Shown one piece after another: positions 8,777 through 21,230 of a DNA stretch of 64,000 bases. The DNA lies in the NCBI GenBank assembly GCA_965204735.1, contig OZ242008.1, positions 256,001-320,000 of the forward strand, given 5' to 3'. The notes below the pieces were generated by a model. It was not told the DNA's origin. It saw only the letters and a program-made list of their open reading frames with translations, and searched no databases. The position numbers and the translations under genes were made by a program. The stretch is from Longimicrobiales bacterium (GTDB taxonomy: Bacteria; Gemmatimonadota; Gemmatimonadetes; Longimicrobiales; Gaopeijiaceae). Position 1 is the first letter of the stretch, and each line of letters opens with the position of its first letter.

Positions 8777-11700
8777 ATGTCCAAACCAAGTGTTCGCACC
8801 CGGGCGCGCTTCGGCGCCTCTGCCCTCGTCGGCGCCGTCCTGGCGGCGTCGCTGATGGTCGGAGGAGCGCCGTCGCTGGATGCCCAGACCGGCACGGTCA
8901 CCGGAACCGTGCGGAACGCCACCAACGGCTCGGCCATCGCCGGAGCCCAGATCAGCATCGCCGAACTCAACACCGGCATCCTGACCAACAACGTGGGCCG
9001 CTACGTGCTGGTGGGCATCCCGGCCGGGACCCACACCGTCGAGGTCCGCTACATCGGCTACACTGCCGAGAGCGTGGAGGTCACGGTCCCGGAGGGCGGC
9101 GCTGCGACGGCCGACTTCGAGCTTCGCTCCGACGCCATCAGCCTGGAGGGCGTAGTGGTCACCGGCACTGCCGGCGCGGCCCGCCGTCGGGAGATCGGCA
9201 ACTCGATCTCCTCGATCAGCGGAGAGGTGTTCGAGAGCCAGCCGATTGCCCGGGTCGCCGACGCCCTGCAGGGCCGCACCTTGGGCGCCACGATCCTCAA
9301 CAACGGCGGACAGGTCGGTGCAGGGACGACGATCAAGCTGCGCGGCAACAACTCCGTGTCGTTCAGCAACTCGCCCCTGGTCTACGTGGACGGCGTGCGA
9401 ATCCGCGAGAGGGGCCTGATTCACGCCGTGGAGGCAAACCAGCAGACCAACCCCTTCGACGACATCAATCCGGCCGACATCGAGCGGATCGAGGTCATCA
9501 AGGGTGCTTCGGCCACGACGCTGTACGGCACGGAGGCTTCGGGCGGCGTGATCCAGATCTTCACCAAGCGCGGAGCGGTGGGCGCCCCGGCGTGGTCCCT
9601 CACCATCGACCAGGGGCTCAACACGCTGGGCCACGTCGGTCCGAGCGCCGACGTGAACCCGACCGGGCTCGGCATGAACAACTGCAACTTCACCGGCAAC
9701 GGCGCCTTTCCCGGCGGCGACTCCCAGTTCCCGGCCGACCCGTCGTGCCCGGCCAACGGCTCCTGGCTGAAGAACGGCTACGTCCAGAACTACAACCTCT
9801 CCGTTCGAGGCGGCGCCGAGCGCATGAACTACTTTGTTTCCGCCAAGTGGGGGAACGAAGGAGGCGTGTTCAACACTGGCACGAACGAGCTCGGCGGTGC
9901 ACGGCCCGATCAGGGGCAGGAAGTCTGGAGCCTGCGCGGCAACTTCTCCTTCGCGCCCGCCGAAGGCGTGGACATCAGGCTCAACAACTACTTCACGCAC
10001 AAGGATGTTACCTGGGTCCCGGACGGCAACAACGCCGAAGGACTTCTCCTCAACGTGTTCCGAGGCGGCAGCGACTACACCAACGACGAAGACGGCAAGC
10101 TGCTGGACATGGACATCGCGACCGTCGGCGACAACTTCACAAGCGGCATAAACCTCATTTGGGACGGCGACCACGGAATCAGCCACAGGTTCAACACTGG
10201 CGTCAGCTTTGTCCGCCATACCTACTCCGAAGAAAAGCCGTGGGGCTACTTCTACGTGCAGCAGGGCGAACGCGAGACCAGGGAGCGGACCCGCCGGACG
10301 ATGACCTTCGACTACAACGGGTCGTGGAACACGGACGTCTTTGGAGTGTCGTCCACTTTCTCGTGGGGCGGACAGATGTACAACGACTTCCTGACCGGCA
10401 CCACTGGGAATGGTCGCGACTTTGCTGGCCCCGGCGACAAGGTGCTTCAATCCGGAGCCATCACGACCGCTTCGGAAGCGAACAGCACGATCACCAGCGG
10501 CGGCTTCTTCTTCCAGGAAATGATCGGAATCGCCGACAAGCTCTTCCTGACCGGCGGCGTGCGGATCGACGGGCACTCGACCTTCGGATCGGACTTCGGA
10601 CTCCAGCCTTATCCCAAGGCGTCGGTGTCCTACGTGATCTCCGACGAGAGCTTCTGGCCCCAATCCATCGGCACCATGAAGTTCCGGGGCGCCTACGGAG
10701 CATCCGGCAAGGCTCCCGGCATCTTTGCGGCGGCAAGGACATGGAACGCCGTTGCCGGCGACGGCGGAAGACCGGGCGTGACGCCCGACAACCTTGGAAA
10801 CCCCGAGCTGGGCCCGGAGCGGACTCTCGAGTGGGAAGTGGGCTTGGAGGGCACTGCCTTCGACGACCGGATCTCCTTCGAGTACCAGTACTACAACCAG
10901 GCCACCGTAGACGCGCTGATCGAAGTGACTCAGCTTCCCTCCGCTGGGTTCGTGGGCGTGCAGCTGGAAAACGTGGGCGAGCTGGAGACCACGGGCCACG
11001 AAGTCCTCGTCAACGCCAACGTCTTCGCGGCCGAGAACTTCAGCTGGGACGTGGGCGCCAGCCTCTCGACGAACCGGAGCAGAGTGCTCGACCTGGGCGG
11101 CCTCACGAACATCAACCTGGGATGGCGCAACTACGTCTACGCGCCCCAGGAATGCACTGCCGAGCTCGCCAACGGCGCGTCGTTCGACGGCAACGGCTTC
11201 ATCGGCCAAGGGTGCACCCCCGGCGAGATGGTCTACTTCCCGCTTCCGGCGTTCTGCCACGATCGCGTGCAGAACCCGGACGAAGTGGCCGCGCCCAATT
11301 ACGAAGACCAGTGCGTCGGCTCCACTACGCCGACGCGCACGATCGGCCTCAACACTGCGATCACGCTGGCCAACCGCGTCACGATGGACATGGTGTGGGA
11401 AGGACAGGGCGGCCACTGGCTTTCGTCGGGAACGGCGTACCAGAACACGCGACGCAGCGTTTGGCCGCTGTGCCGGGACACCTACGAGACGATCGCCGCC
11501 GGCGGACGCAACACGCTGACGGCCAGGGAAAGGGCCCTTTGCGACCCCTCGGTCACCCGCTACGGCATGTGGACGCAGCCTGCCGACTTCTTCAAGCTGC
11601 GTTCTGCGTCGATCAACTTCCGGATCCCCGAGGAATGGCTGCCGGGCCAGCTTCGGGCCGCCACCCTCAGGTTGCAGGGCCGAAACCTCCTCACGTTCAC

Positions 11701-11824
11701 GGAGTTCGAGGGCGTGGATCCCGAGGCGTTCGAGGATGGTTCCGCCGAGGTGCTCTTCCGCCAAGAGTACTACAACCTGCCGCCGATCCGGAGCTTCCTG
11801 ATGTCGCTCAAGGTCGACTTCTAG
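8777..11824 (+). CDS. SusC/RagA-like TonB-dependent receptor 2
   Basis: GAGGA RBS, ATG 8777; signal peptide; plug INPADIERIEVIKGASATTLYG; ends KVDF; clear paralog of receptor 1. Confidence 0.9.
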   Translation: MSKPSVRTRARFGASALVGAVLAASLMVGGAPSLDAQTGTVTGTVRNATNGSAIAGAQISIAELNTGILTNNVGRYVLVGIPAGTHTVEVRYIGYTAESVEVTVPEGGAATADFELRSDAISLEGVVVTGTAGAARRREIGNSISSISGEVFESQPIARVADALQGRTLGATILNNGGQVGAGTTIKLRGNNSVSFSNSPLVYVDGVRIRERGLIHAVEANQQTNPFDDINPADIERIEVIKGASATTLYGTEASGGVIQIFTKRGAVGAPAWSLTIDQGLNTLGHVGPSADVNPTGLGMNNCNFTGNGAFPGGDSQFPADPSCPANGSWLKNGYVQNYNLSVRGGAERMNYFVSAKWGNEGGVFNTGTNELGGARPDQGQEVWSLRGNFSFAPAEGVDIRLNNYFTHKDVTWVPDGNNAEGLLLNVFRGGSDYTNDEDGKLLDMDIATVGDNFTSGINLIWDGDHGISHRFNTGVSFVRHTYSEEKPWGYFYVQQGERETRERTRRTMTFDYNGSWNTDVFGVSSTFSWGGQMYNDFLTGTTGNGRDFAGPGDKVLQSGAITTASEANSTITSGGFFFQEMIGIADKLFLTGGVRIDGHSTFGSDFGLQPYPKASVSYVISDESFWPQSIGTMKFRGAYGASGKAPGIFAAARTWNAVAGDGGRPGVTPDNLGNPELGPERTLEWEVGLEGTAFDDRISFEYQYYNQATVDALIEVTQLPSAGFVGVQLENVGELETTGHEVLVNANVFAAENFSWDVGASLSTNRSRVLDLGGLTNINLGWRNYVYAPQECTAELANGASFDGNGFIGQGCTPGEMVYFPLPAFCHDRVQNPDEVAAPNYEDQCVGSTTPTRTIGLNTAITLANRVTMDMVWEGQGGHWLSSGTAYQNTRRSVWPLCRDTYETIAAGGRNTLTARERALCDPSVTRYGMWTQPADFFKLRSASINFRIPEEWLPGQLRAATLRLQGRNLLTFTEFEGVDPEAFEDGSAEVLFRQEYYNLPPIRSFLMSLKVDF

Positions 11825-11840
11825 GAGAAAGGGACGAGAC

Positions 11841-13208
11841 ATGAACACCAGCAAAGCGACAGCGACGCGTCTGCGCGCCTTTCTCGCGACCTTCATGGCC
11901 GCCTTCGCCCTGGTCGGGTGCGAGGACGGCCTCTTCGAGGTGAGGAACCCCGGCAGGATCCTCGACGACGACCTCAACACCGTGCCGGGAGTCAACTCCC
12001 TGGTGACGGGGATGTCGTCGGACTTCTCGGTCGCCTACGACAACCTCTCCTTCACCACGGCGATCCTTTCCGACGAGATCGTGGGCTCGGGGAGCTACTT
12101 CTCGACCGGCCGCTACCGCCGGGGCCTTTTCGACTCCGACGACGCCAACGGCTTCTGGGGAGGCGTGCAGCGCGCCCGGTGGGTGGCCGAAGCCGGGCTG
12201 CTCCGCATGAGGGGGATCGACGACTACCAGTTCGACGGGAACCACAACACGGCCCGGGCCTGGCTCTTTGCTGGGCTGGCCAACCGCTGGTTCGGCGAGA
12301 ACTTCTGCGGCGTCGTCTTCAGCACGCCGTACACGAGCGACACTCCTGGGCCGGGCGGCGAAGTGGACACCGGCGAGTACGTGGATCGGGACCAGGCGTT
12401 CTCACGGGCGATAGCCGCGCTCAACGAGGCCGCGCGGCACGGCGGCTCGGCGGGCCGGCAGGACATCGTCAACGCCGCGGAGGGCGCACTGGCCCAAGTG
12501 AACGTCGGCCTCGGCAACTGGAGCGCCGTGGCGACCCACGCGGCCAAGGTGCCCACCGACTTCGTGTACTCCGCCAACTACTCGTCCAACTCGACACGCG
12601 AGACGAGCCAGATCTGGAACGAGACCCACGGGCGCCACGAAGTGTCGGCCTTCATGACCGTGGCGGGGATCTACGGCGCCGGCGACCCGAGGACGCCGTG
12701 GACGGACTGCTCCGATTCGGCGTCCGGCTGTCCGAGCGGCAACGGCGCCGACGGCCAGACGATTCACTACCGCCAGGAGAAGTACCCGACCAGGGAGGAC
12801 GACATTCCCTTGGTCAAGGGGACCGACATGCGCCTGCTGGAAGCCGAGAAGGCGCTGCGGGAAGGCGACCTTGCGATGGCGATGGCCAAGATCAACGCGG
12901 TTCGGGAGTTTCATGGACTCGATCCGGTCGAGTCCGACGGAAACATCGGTTCCCTGACGGGCGGGGAGGGCGGAAGCGCAAGTTTGACCTCCATGTCCGG
13001 GTGGGACATCCTGGACCGGGAACGCCACCTGACGATGTGGCTGGAAGGTCGGCGGCTGTGGGACCTGCATCGCTGGGACCACCCCCATCTGGACGGCGGC
13101 GGCGTGCTCTACGAAGCGACGGTGGCGCGGCGCGCCTCGTGCATGCCGGTCTCCGACGACGAGTGCCAGGTCAACGAAAAGGTGAGAGACCGCTGCTTCA
13201 CGATGTAG
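11841..13208 (+). CDS. SusD/RagB-like lipoprotein 2
   Basis: Lipobox LVGC; GENFC, DMRLLEAE and ERHLTMWLEGRRLWDL motifs. Confidence 0.85.
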   Translation: MNTSKATATRLRAFLATFMAAFALVGCEDGLFEVRNPGRILDDDLNTVPGVNSLVTGMSSDFSVAYDNLSFTTAILSDEIVGSGSYFSTGRYRRGLFDSDDANGFWGGVQRARWVAEAGLLRMRGIDDYQFDGNHNTARAWLFAGLANRWFGENFCGVVFSTPYTSDTPGPGGEVDTGEYVDRDQAFSRAIAALNEAARHGGSAGRQDIVNAAEGALAQVNVGLGNWSAVATHAAKVPTDFVYSANYSSNSTRETSQIWNETHGRHEVSAFMTVAGIYGAGDPRTPWTDCSDSASGCPSGNGADGQTIHYRQEKYPTREDDIPLVKGTDMRLLEAEKALREGDLAMAMAKINAVREFHGLDPVESDGNIGSLTGGEGGSASLTSMSGWDILDRERHLTMWLEGRRLWDLHRWDHPHLDGGGVLYEATVARRASCMPVSDDECQVNEKVRDRCFTM

Positions 13209-13257
13209 GCCGGCGTCTCGACCGGTGAAGGACCCGCCTGACCAGCGGCAGCAGAGC

Positions 13258-13295
13258 AACCGCCCTCCGGCCCCGTGCGGGTCGGGGGGCGGTTT
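13258..13295 (+). terminator. Putative terminator hairpin after susD2
   Basis: AACCGCCCTCCGGCCC / GGGTCGGGGGGCGGTT inverted repeat with only a short T run. Confidence 0.5.
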
Positions 13296-13310
13296 CCGTA
13301 TCTTGGCGTC

Positions 13311-14177
13311 ATGACTTCCCGGCGACGCCCCGGCCGCTTCGCGCTCCTTCTCGCGACCGCGCTTGCCCGGGCCCTCGCTCCCGTGGGCGCCGACGCCCAG
13401 GACGCCGACGCCCGCCCGCCCGTCCTCCCCAAGGTCGAGGGCGAGGTGCTGGACGACGTGAGCGGCCTGCCGGTGGCCGACGTCGTCGTGCTCCTGCCGA
13501 AGCTGGGAATGGCGCAGCTGAGCGACGAGTTCGGCTACTTCGCCTTCGAGTCCGTCCCTGCGGGCGTCCACGACTTCACGGCCTTTCACCTGGCGTACGT
13601 GGCCTTCGAGGCGCAGGCGCCCGTCGCCCCCGACGAAGTGCTGGTGCTGCGGCTCTCGCCGAATCCGATACCGCTGCCGGGAGTGGACGTGGAGGCTCTC
13701 TCGGACGATCAGCGGACGGCGTGGAGGTCGGGCCGCGCTTCCGACGTGATCTCGCGCCACGACGTGGCGGAGGCCGGGGAGCGCACCAGTCAGCTGCTGG
13801 AGGTGATCCGCACCAAGGCCCCGCCCCGCCTGCAGATCCGGCAACAGGGAGGCCGCGGCGGGATCGCCTTCTGCATCCAGTCGTCCCGACGCGCGCCTTC
13901 GGTCCAGGAGCTGCGCGACCTGGGCGTCGGATGCCGACCGGCGCTGGTGGCCATGGACGGCGTGGTCGTCTACACGCCCCCGCTGGGAAGCGAGATGGCC
14001 TCTACCGAGACCGCCAGCATGCCCGAAGACGTGGCCCAGATGATCCTCCGCCAGAACCCCAACGAGATCGAGAGCATTCGCATCCTGTCGCCCGCGGACG
14101 GGTTCTTTCGATACGGCGAGGGCGGACGTCTGGGCGCAGTGGAGATCACGACGCGACACCCTCGTCGCCGACGCTGA
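13311..14177 (+). CDS. Exported protein: carboxypeptidase-regulatory-like domain plus TonB-plug-like C-terminus, no barrel
   Basis: Signal peptide ending ADA; GEVLDDVSGLPV...SDEFGYFAF; C-terminal PNEIESIRILSPADGFFRYGEGGRLGAVEITT. Confidence 0.7.
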   Translation: MTSRRRPGRFALLLATALARALAPVGADAQDADARPPVLPKVEGEVLDDVSGLPVADVVVLLPKLGMAQLSDEFGYFAFESVPAGVHDFTAFHLAYVAFEAQAPVAPDEVLVLRLSPNPIPLPGVDVEALSDDQRTAWRSGRASDVISRHDVAEAGERTSQLLEVIRTKAPPRLQIRQQGGRGGIAFCIQSSRRAPSVQELRDLGVGCRPALVAMDGVVVYTPPLGSEMASTETASMPEDVAQMILRQNPNEIESIRILSPADGFFRYGEGGRLGAVEITTRHPRRRR

Positions 14178-14185
14178 TCCCTTCC

Positions 14186-15802
14186 ATGCGCCCTCTCGCC
14201 TTGCCCGCGGGGCTCTCGCTGGTCCTGGCCGCCTACCTGCTGGACCCGCTGGTCAGAGGCACGCCGGGCCTGTTCTGGTCGTTCGCGGTCGCGTCCGCGG
14301 GAGTGCTGGCGTGGACGACGGTCCTGTACGCCAGGCGCCGGCAGCGCGTCGGCGACGACGGCTCGCCGGTCGGGGGGCCGGGGACCGGACTGACCTTGGA
14401 GCTGGCAATCCGCCGGCCACACTGGATTCAGCTTCTTGCCCAGGGCTCGGTTCTGGCGTGGTGGGGCTGGCACGTTCGGGCCGTGTACGAGTTCGCGCCG
14501 TTCATCTTGGCCCAGCTGGTCCTGGCGGTCGCCGTCGAAAGCTTGTTCGGCCTCGCGCGGCGCGGGCGCTGCACGTTGGGCTTCGGACCGGTGCCGGTCG
14601 TGTTCAGCCTGAACCTCTTCCTCTGGTTCCACCTTCCGTGGTTCTTCTTCCAGTTCGCCATGGTCGTGCTGGTGTACGTGGGCAAGGAGTTCGTGCGGCG
14701 GCAGGTGGAGGGCCGTTCCCGACACATCTTCAACCCGTCGGCGTTCGCTCTGGCGATTGCGTCCCTGGCGTTGATCGTCACGGGCCAGACGGAGATCACG
14801 CAGGGCGTCGAGATCGCCCAAAGCCAGTACGTGCCGCCGCACGTCTTCTTGGTGATCTTCCTGGCGGCGCTCCCCGGGCAGCTGCTCTTCGGGGTGGCGA
14901 CGATGACGATGCCCGCCGTGCTGGTCATCTACGGCTTCAGCGCCGCCTACCACGCGGCGACCGGGATCTTCTTCTTCCACGACGCCTACGTTCCCATCGC
15001 CGTCTTCCTGGGGCTGCACCTCCTCTTCACCGACCCGGCCACGTCGCCCCGCTCCGAGATGGGGCGCGTCGTCTTCGGCGTACTGTACGGGGCCGGGGTC
15101 GTCGCCAGCGTCTTCCTGCTGAACGCGGTCGGCGCGCCGCCCTTCTACGACAAGCTGCTCCCGGTGCCGATCCTGAACGTGCTGGCGCCCCGGCTGGACC
15201 GCTTGGCCCGTGCCGTCGCCGGCCGGCTCCGCGTCGGGTGGGCCGCGGTTCCCGGCGCCGCGCCCGCGCGTCGCCGCTTGTTGACGGCCGGCACCTGGGC
15301 CGCCGTCTTCGCGACGCTGAGCTTGAGCGGCGCCCTCGGCGACGACCATCCCGGCCAGTACTACCCCTTCTGGCGAGATGCCTGCGAGGCGGGAAACGGC
15401 GCCGCCGGCACGGGAGAAGGCCGGCTAGCCGGCGGCGCCAGGGCGCAAGCGCGCGCCTGCGACTACATGGGGTTCATGCAGCAGAACTTCTGCGATCGGG
15501 GATCGGGATGGGCGTGCAACGAGTTCGGCGTTTTTCTGGCCCAGGCGGACCGCGACTACCGGGGCGCGGCGCGGGAGTTCGATCAAGCGTGCGCCCGCGG
15601 CTTCGACCCGGGATGCGCCAACCTTCGCGCACTCGTGAACGGCGGCGCCCCCGGCGACGACGCCTTCGTCCGCGCACGACCGCCGCCCAGCGAGATGCCC
15701 CTGGTTCTGCGAGGCAGCAAGGGGCCGGTGGCAGAGCGCGAGTTCGATGCGCTGGTCGCCCTGGCCTGCCATCGCGGCTGGCGAGAGTGGGAGTGCCGCT
15801 GA
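14186..15802 (+). CDS. RnfD/NqrB-like (UnbU-like) membrane protein with C-terminal Sel1-like Cys repeats
   Basis: HIFNPSAF and LFTDPATSP motifs; many TM segments; tail WRDACEAG, FCDRGSGWACNEFG, QACARGFDPGCANL. Confidence 0.65.
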   Translation: MRPLALPAGLSLVLAAYLLDPLVRGTPGLFWSFAVASAGVLAWTTVLYARRRQRVGDDGSPVGGPGTGLTLELAIRRPHWIQLLAQGSVLAWWGWHVRAVYEFAPFILAQLVLAVAVESLFGLARRGRCTLGFGPVPVVFSLNLFLWFHLPWFFFQFAMVVLVYVGKEFVRRQVEGRSRHIFNPSAFALAIASLALIVTGQTEITQGVEIAQSQYVPPHVFLVIFLAALPGQLLFGVATMTMPAVLVIYGFSAAYHAATGIFFFHDAYVPIAVFLGLHLLFTDPATSPRSEMGRVVFGVLYGAGVVASVFLLNAVGAPPFYDKLLPVPILNVLAPRLDRLARAVAGRLRVGWAAVPGAAPARRRLLTAGTWAAVFATLSLSGALGDDHPGQYYPFWRDACEAGNGAAGTGEGRLAGGARAQARACDYMGFMQQNFCDRGSGWACNEFGVFLAQADRDYRGAAREFDQACARGFDPGCANLRALVNGGAPGDDAFVRARPPPSEMPLVLRGSKGPVAEREFDALVALACHRGWREWECR

Positions 15803-15981
15803 CCGGACTCGGCGGTGGGCCCCTGCACGGACACTGCGGGCCCGTAGCAAGGCGGGCCGTACTCGGCCGCCTCCGACCACGGATCCGGGCCGATCCGCTC
15901 CAGGGAGCCGGCGTAGTGGGCCTGCTTGGCGACGCCCGTAGCAGGCCTCGTCGGCCGTCGATCGACTGTCGTGGAGCGGGA

Positions 15982-17640
15982 TCAGCTCCCGTCCGAAACC
16001 GCCTCGGCCTTGGCCTTGCGCACCATCTCGCGCACGTCTGCCAAGAGGCGTTGGGCGTCGTAGACGATCCCGTCCTTGATCGTGTACTTGATCCCGCCGA
16101 CGCGCTCCACCTCGCCAGTGTCGTCGTTGAGCTTTACGGCGCCGTTGCCGTAAAGGACCTTCAGGTTCTGCAAGGGGTTCTCGTCCACTACGACCATGTC
16201 GGCCTTGAGCCCCGCCCGAAGGATGCCGAAGTCGATCTCGGCGCCCTTGGGGTCGTGGAGCTCCTCGGCGCCGTGCAGCGTGGCGGCCCGAATCACCTCG
16301 ATGGGATGAAAGCCCGCCTCCCGCAGAAGCTCCAGCTCCCTGATGTAGTCGAACCCGTAGAGCTTGTAGATGAAGCCGGAGTCGGAGCCGGTGGTCACGC
16401 GCCCGCCCGCGTTCTTGTAGTCGTTGAGGAAGTGCATCCACTTCTGATAGAACTTCTTCCAGTGGTACTCGTCTTCGCTGGTCCAGTAGAACCAGTAGGA
16501 ACCGTGGGCGCGACGGGAAGGCTGGTAGAACTCCCACTGGCTGGGCAGCGTGTACTCGTCGTGATAGTCGGCCTCGCGAGCACGCATGACGTCGCGGCTG
16601 GCCTCGTAGATCGTCATCGTCGGGTCGATCCCGAAGCCCAGTTCCAGAAACCGGTCGATCAGGTCGTTCCACTGCTCCGAGCCGGGCTCGGCCGCTTGGT
16701 ACCAAAGCCTGCCGACGTTGCCGAAGCGGTGCTGTTCGTCCTGGTAGTTGTAGTCGAGCGGCCAGGCCTGAACGCTGTACTCCGTCAACATGGACTCGAA
16801 GAGGCCGTAGTAGTGGGTCATCATGTCGAGGCCGACTTCGGCCGCGTCCAGCGCCGTCATCCGCGCCACGCCGGTCTGGGCCAGGTGGGCGACCGTGCCC
16901 AAGCCGTGCTTGTGGGCCTCGTCGATGACCGCCGCCATGATCATCGGGTCCATGGCAGTGAGCTTGAGCCCGTCGATCTTGGCGCCCTCGACTTCCACGT
17001 CGGCTGCCCAGCGCACCCATTCCCGCGCCTTGTCGGGCGAGTCCACCGGACCCTGGTCCCATCCTTGGCCGGGCCGCGCGTAGGTGAACATGCGTGGCGC
17101 GACGATTTCGTTCCGGGCTGCCGCCGCCTTCTCTTCAAGCGACCACATCATGGGTCCGTGGCCCACGCCCCGCGACGTGGTGATCCCGTGGCCCATCCAC
17201 AGCTTGTAGGTGTACTCGGGCTGGGGCGCCTTCCCCGCCCCGCCGGTGTGGGCGTGCATGTCCACGAACCCGGGCATGACGAACATGCCGGTCATGTCCA
17301 TCTCCTTCGTCGCGTCCGACGGCCTCCGGTCCTCGTCGATCGGCACGCCCGGGTAGCCCACGGTCCGAATCTGGGCGATCCGATCCCCTTCGATCACGAT
17401 GTCCACGGGTCCCATCGGCGGAGCGCCGGTGCCGTCGATGATCGTGGCGCCGCGCAAGATGAGCCGCTCGTGTGGGCCGTCGCCTTCGTCGGCGCCCCGG
17501 GGGGTGGTCGGCTCCATCTGCGCCGAGGCCGGAGCGGAAAGGGTCGCCGCCGCCGTCAGAAGGACGGTCGCCAGGAGAGCGGCGCGACGCGTTGCGCCGA
17601 CAAGCAGAGCCGAAGCGGGAGTGCGGGTGGAATCGGTCAC
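15982..17640 (-). CDS. Exported amidohydrolase family protein
   Basis: Signal peptide; ILRGATIIDGTG, MPGFVDMHAH, TGSDSG and G..ADMVVVDENPL motifs. Confidence 0.85.
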   Translation of the reverse strand: MTDSTRTPASALLVGATRRAALLATVLLTAAATLSAPASAQMEPTTPRGADEGDGPHERLILRGATIIDGTGAPPMGPVDIVIEGDRIAQIRTVGYPGVPIDEDRRPSDATKEMDMTGMFVMPGFVDMHAHTGGAGKAPQPEYTYKLWMGHGITTSRGVGHGPMMWSLEEKAAAARNEIVAPRMFTYARPGQGWDQGPVDSPDKAREWVRWAADVEVEGAKIDGLKLTAMDPMIMAAVIDEAHKHGLGTVAHLAQTGVARMTALDAAEVGLDMMTHYYGLFESMLTEYSVQAWPLDYNYQDEQHRFGNVGRLWYQAAEPGSEQWNDLIDRFLELGFGIDPTMTIYEASRDVMRAREADYHDEYTLPSQWEFYQPSRRAHGSYWFYWTSEDEYHWKKFYQKWMHFLNDYKNAGGRVTTGSDSGFIYKLYGFDYIRELELLREAGFHPIEVIRAATLHGAEELHDPKGAEIDFGILRAGLKADMVVVDENPLQNLKVLYGNGAVKLNDDTGEVERVGGIKYTIKDGIVYDAQRLLADVREMVRKAKAEAVSDGS

Positions 17641-17734
17641 GATCGAAGGAACTCCTGCACTTGCGGGAAGATGGACGTGCCCCTCGCCGGCATGGACATG
17701 CCCGTCGAGGGGGCGTCTCCCAAGCTACGCCACG

Positions 17735-17807
17735 CTTCGGGCTGGTCAAGGCTGGTCTGGTCAAGCCTTCGGGCTGGTCGAGCCCCCGGCTCTTCGGACT
17801 GGTCAAG
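17735..17807. repeat. Three 16-bp direct repeats CTTCGGRCTGGTCRAG in a divergent intergenic region
   Basis: Copies at 17735-17750, 17767-17782, 17792-17807, plus partial CTGGTCAAG at 17757-17765. Confidence 0.8.
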
Positions 17808-17820
17808 CCCTTGGCCGTAG

Positions 17821-21219
<3,399 letters not shown>

Positions 21220-21230
<11 letters not shown>

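Noticed and set aside
3790..11995. Long antisense ORFs opposite the SusC genes (973 and 1313 aa) and similar shadows elsewhere
   Set aside because: Mirror frames of high-GC3 genes with no motifs or RBS.
17725..17810. Resemblance of minus-strand TTGACCAGCC to the 5' region of IscB omega RNAs
   Set aside because: Other conserved omega-RNA features are not seen and there is no IscB/TnpB gene nearby.
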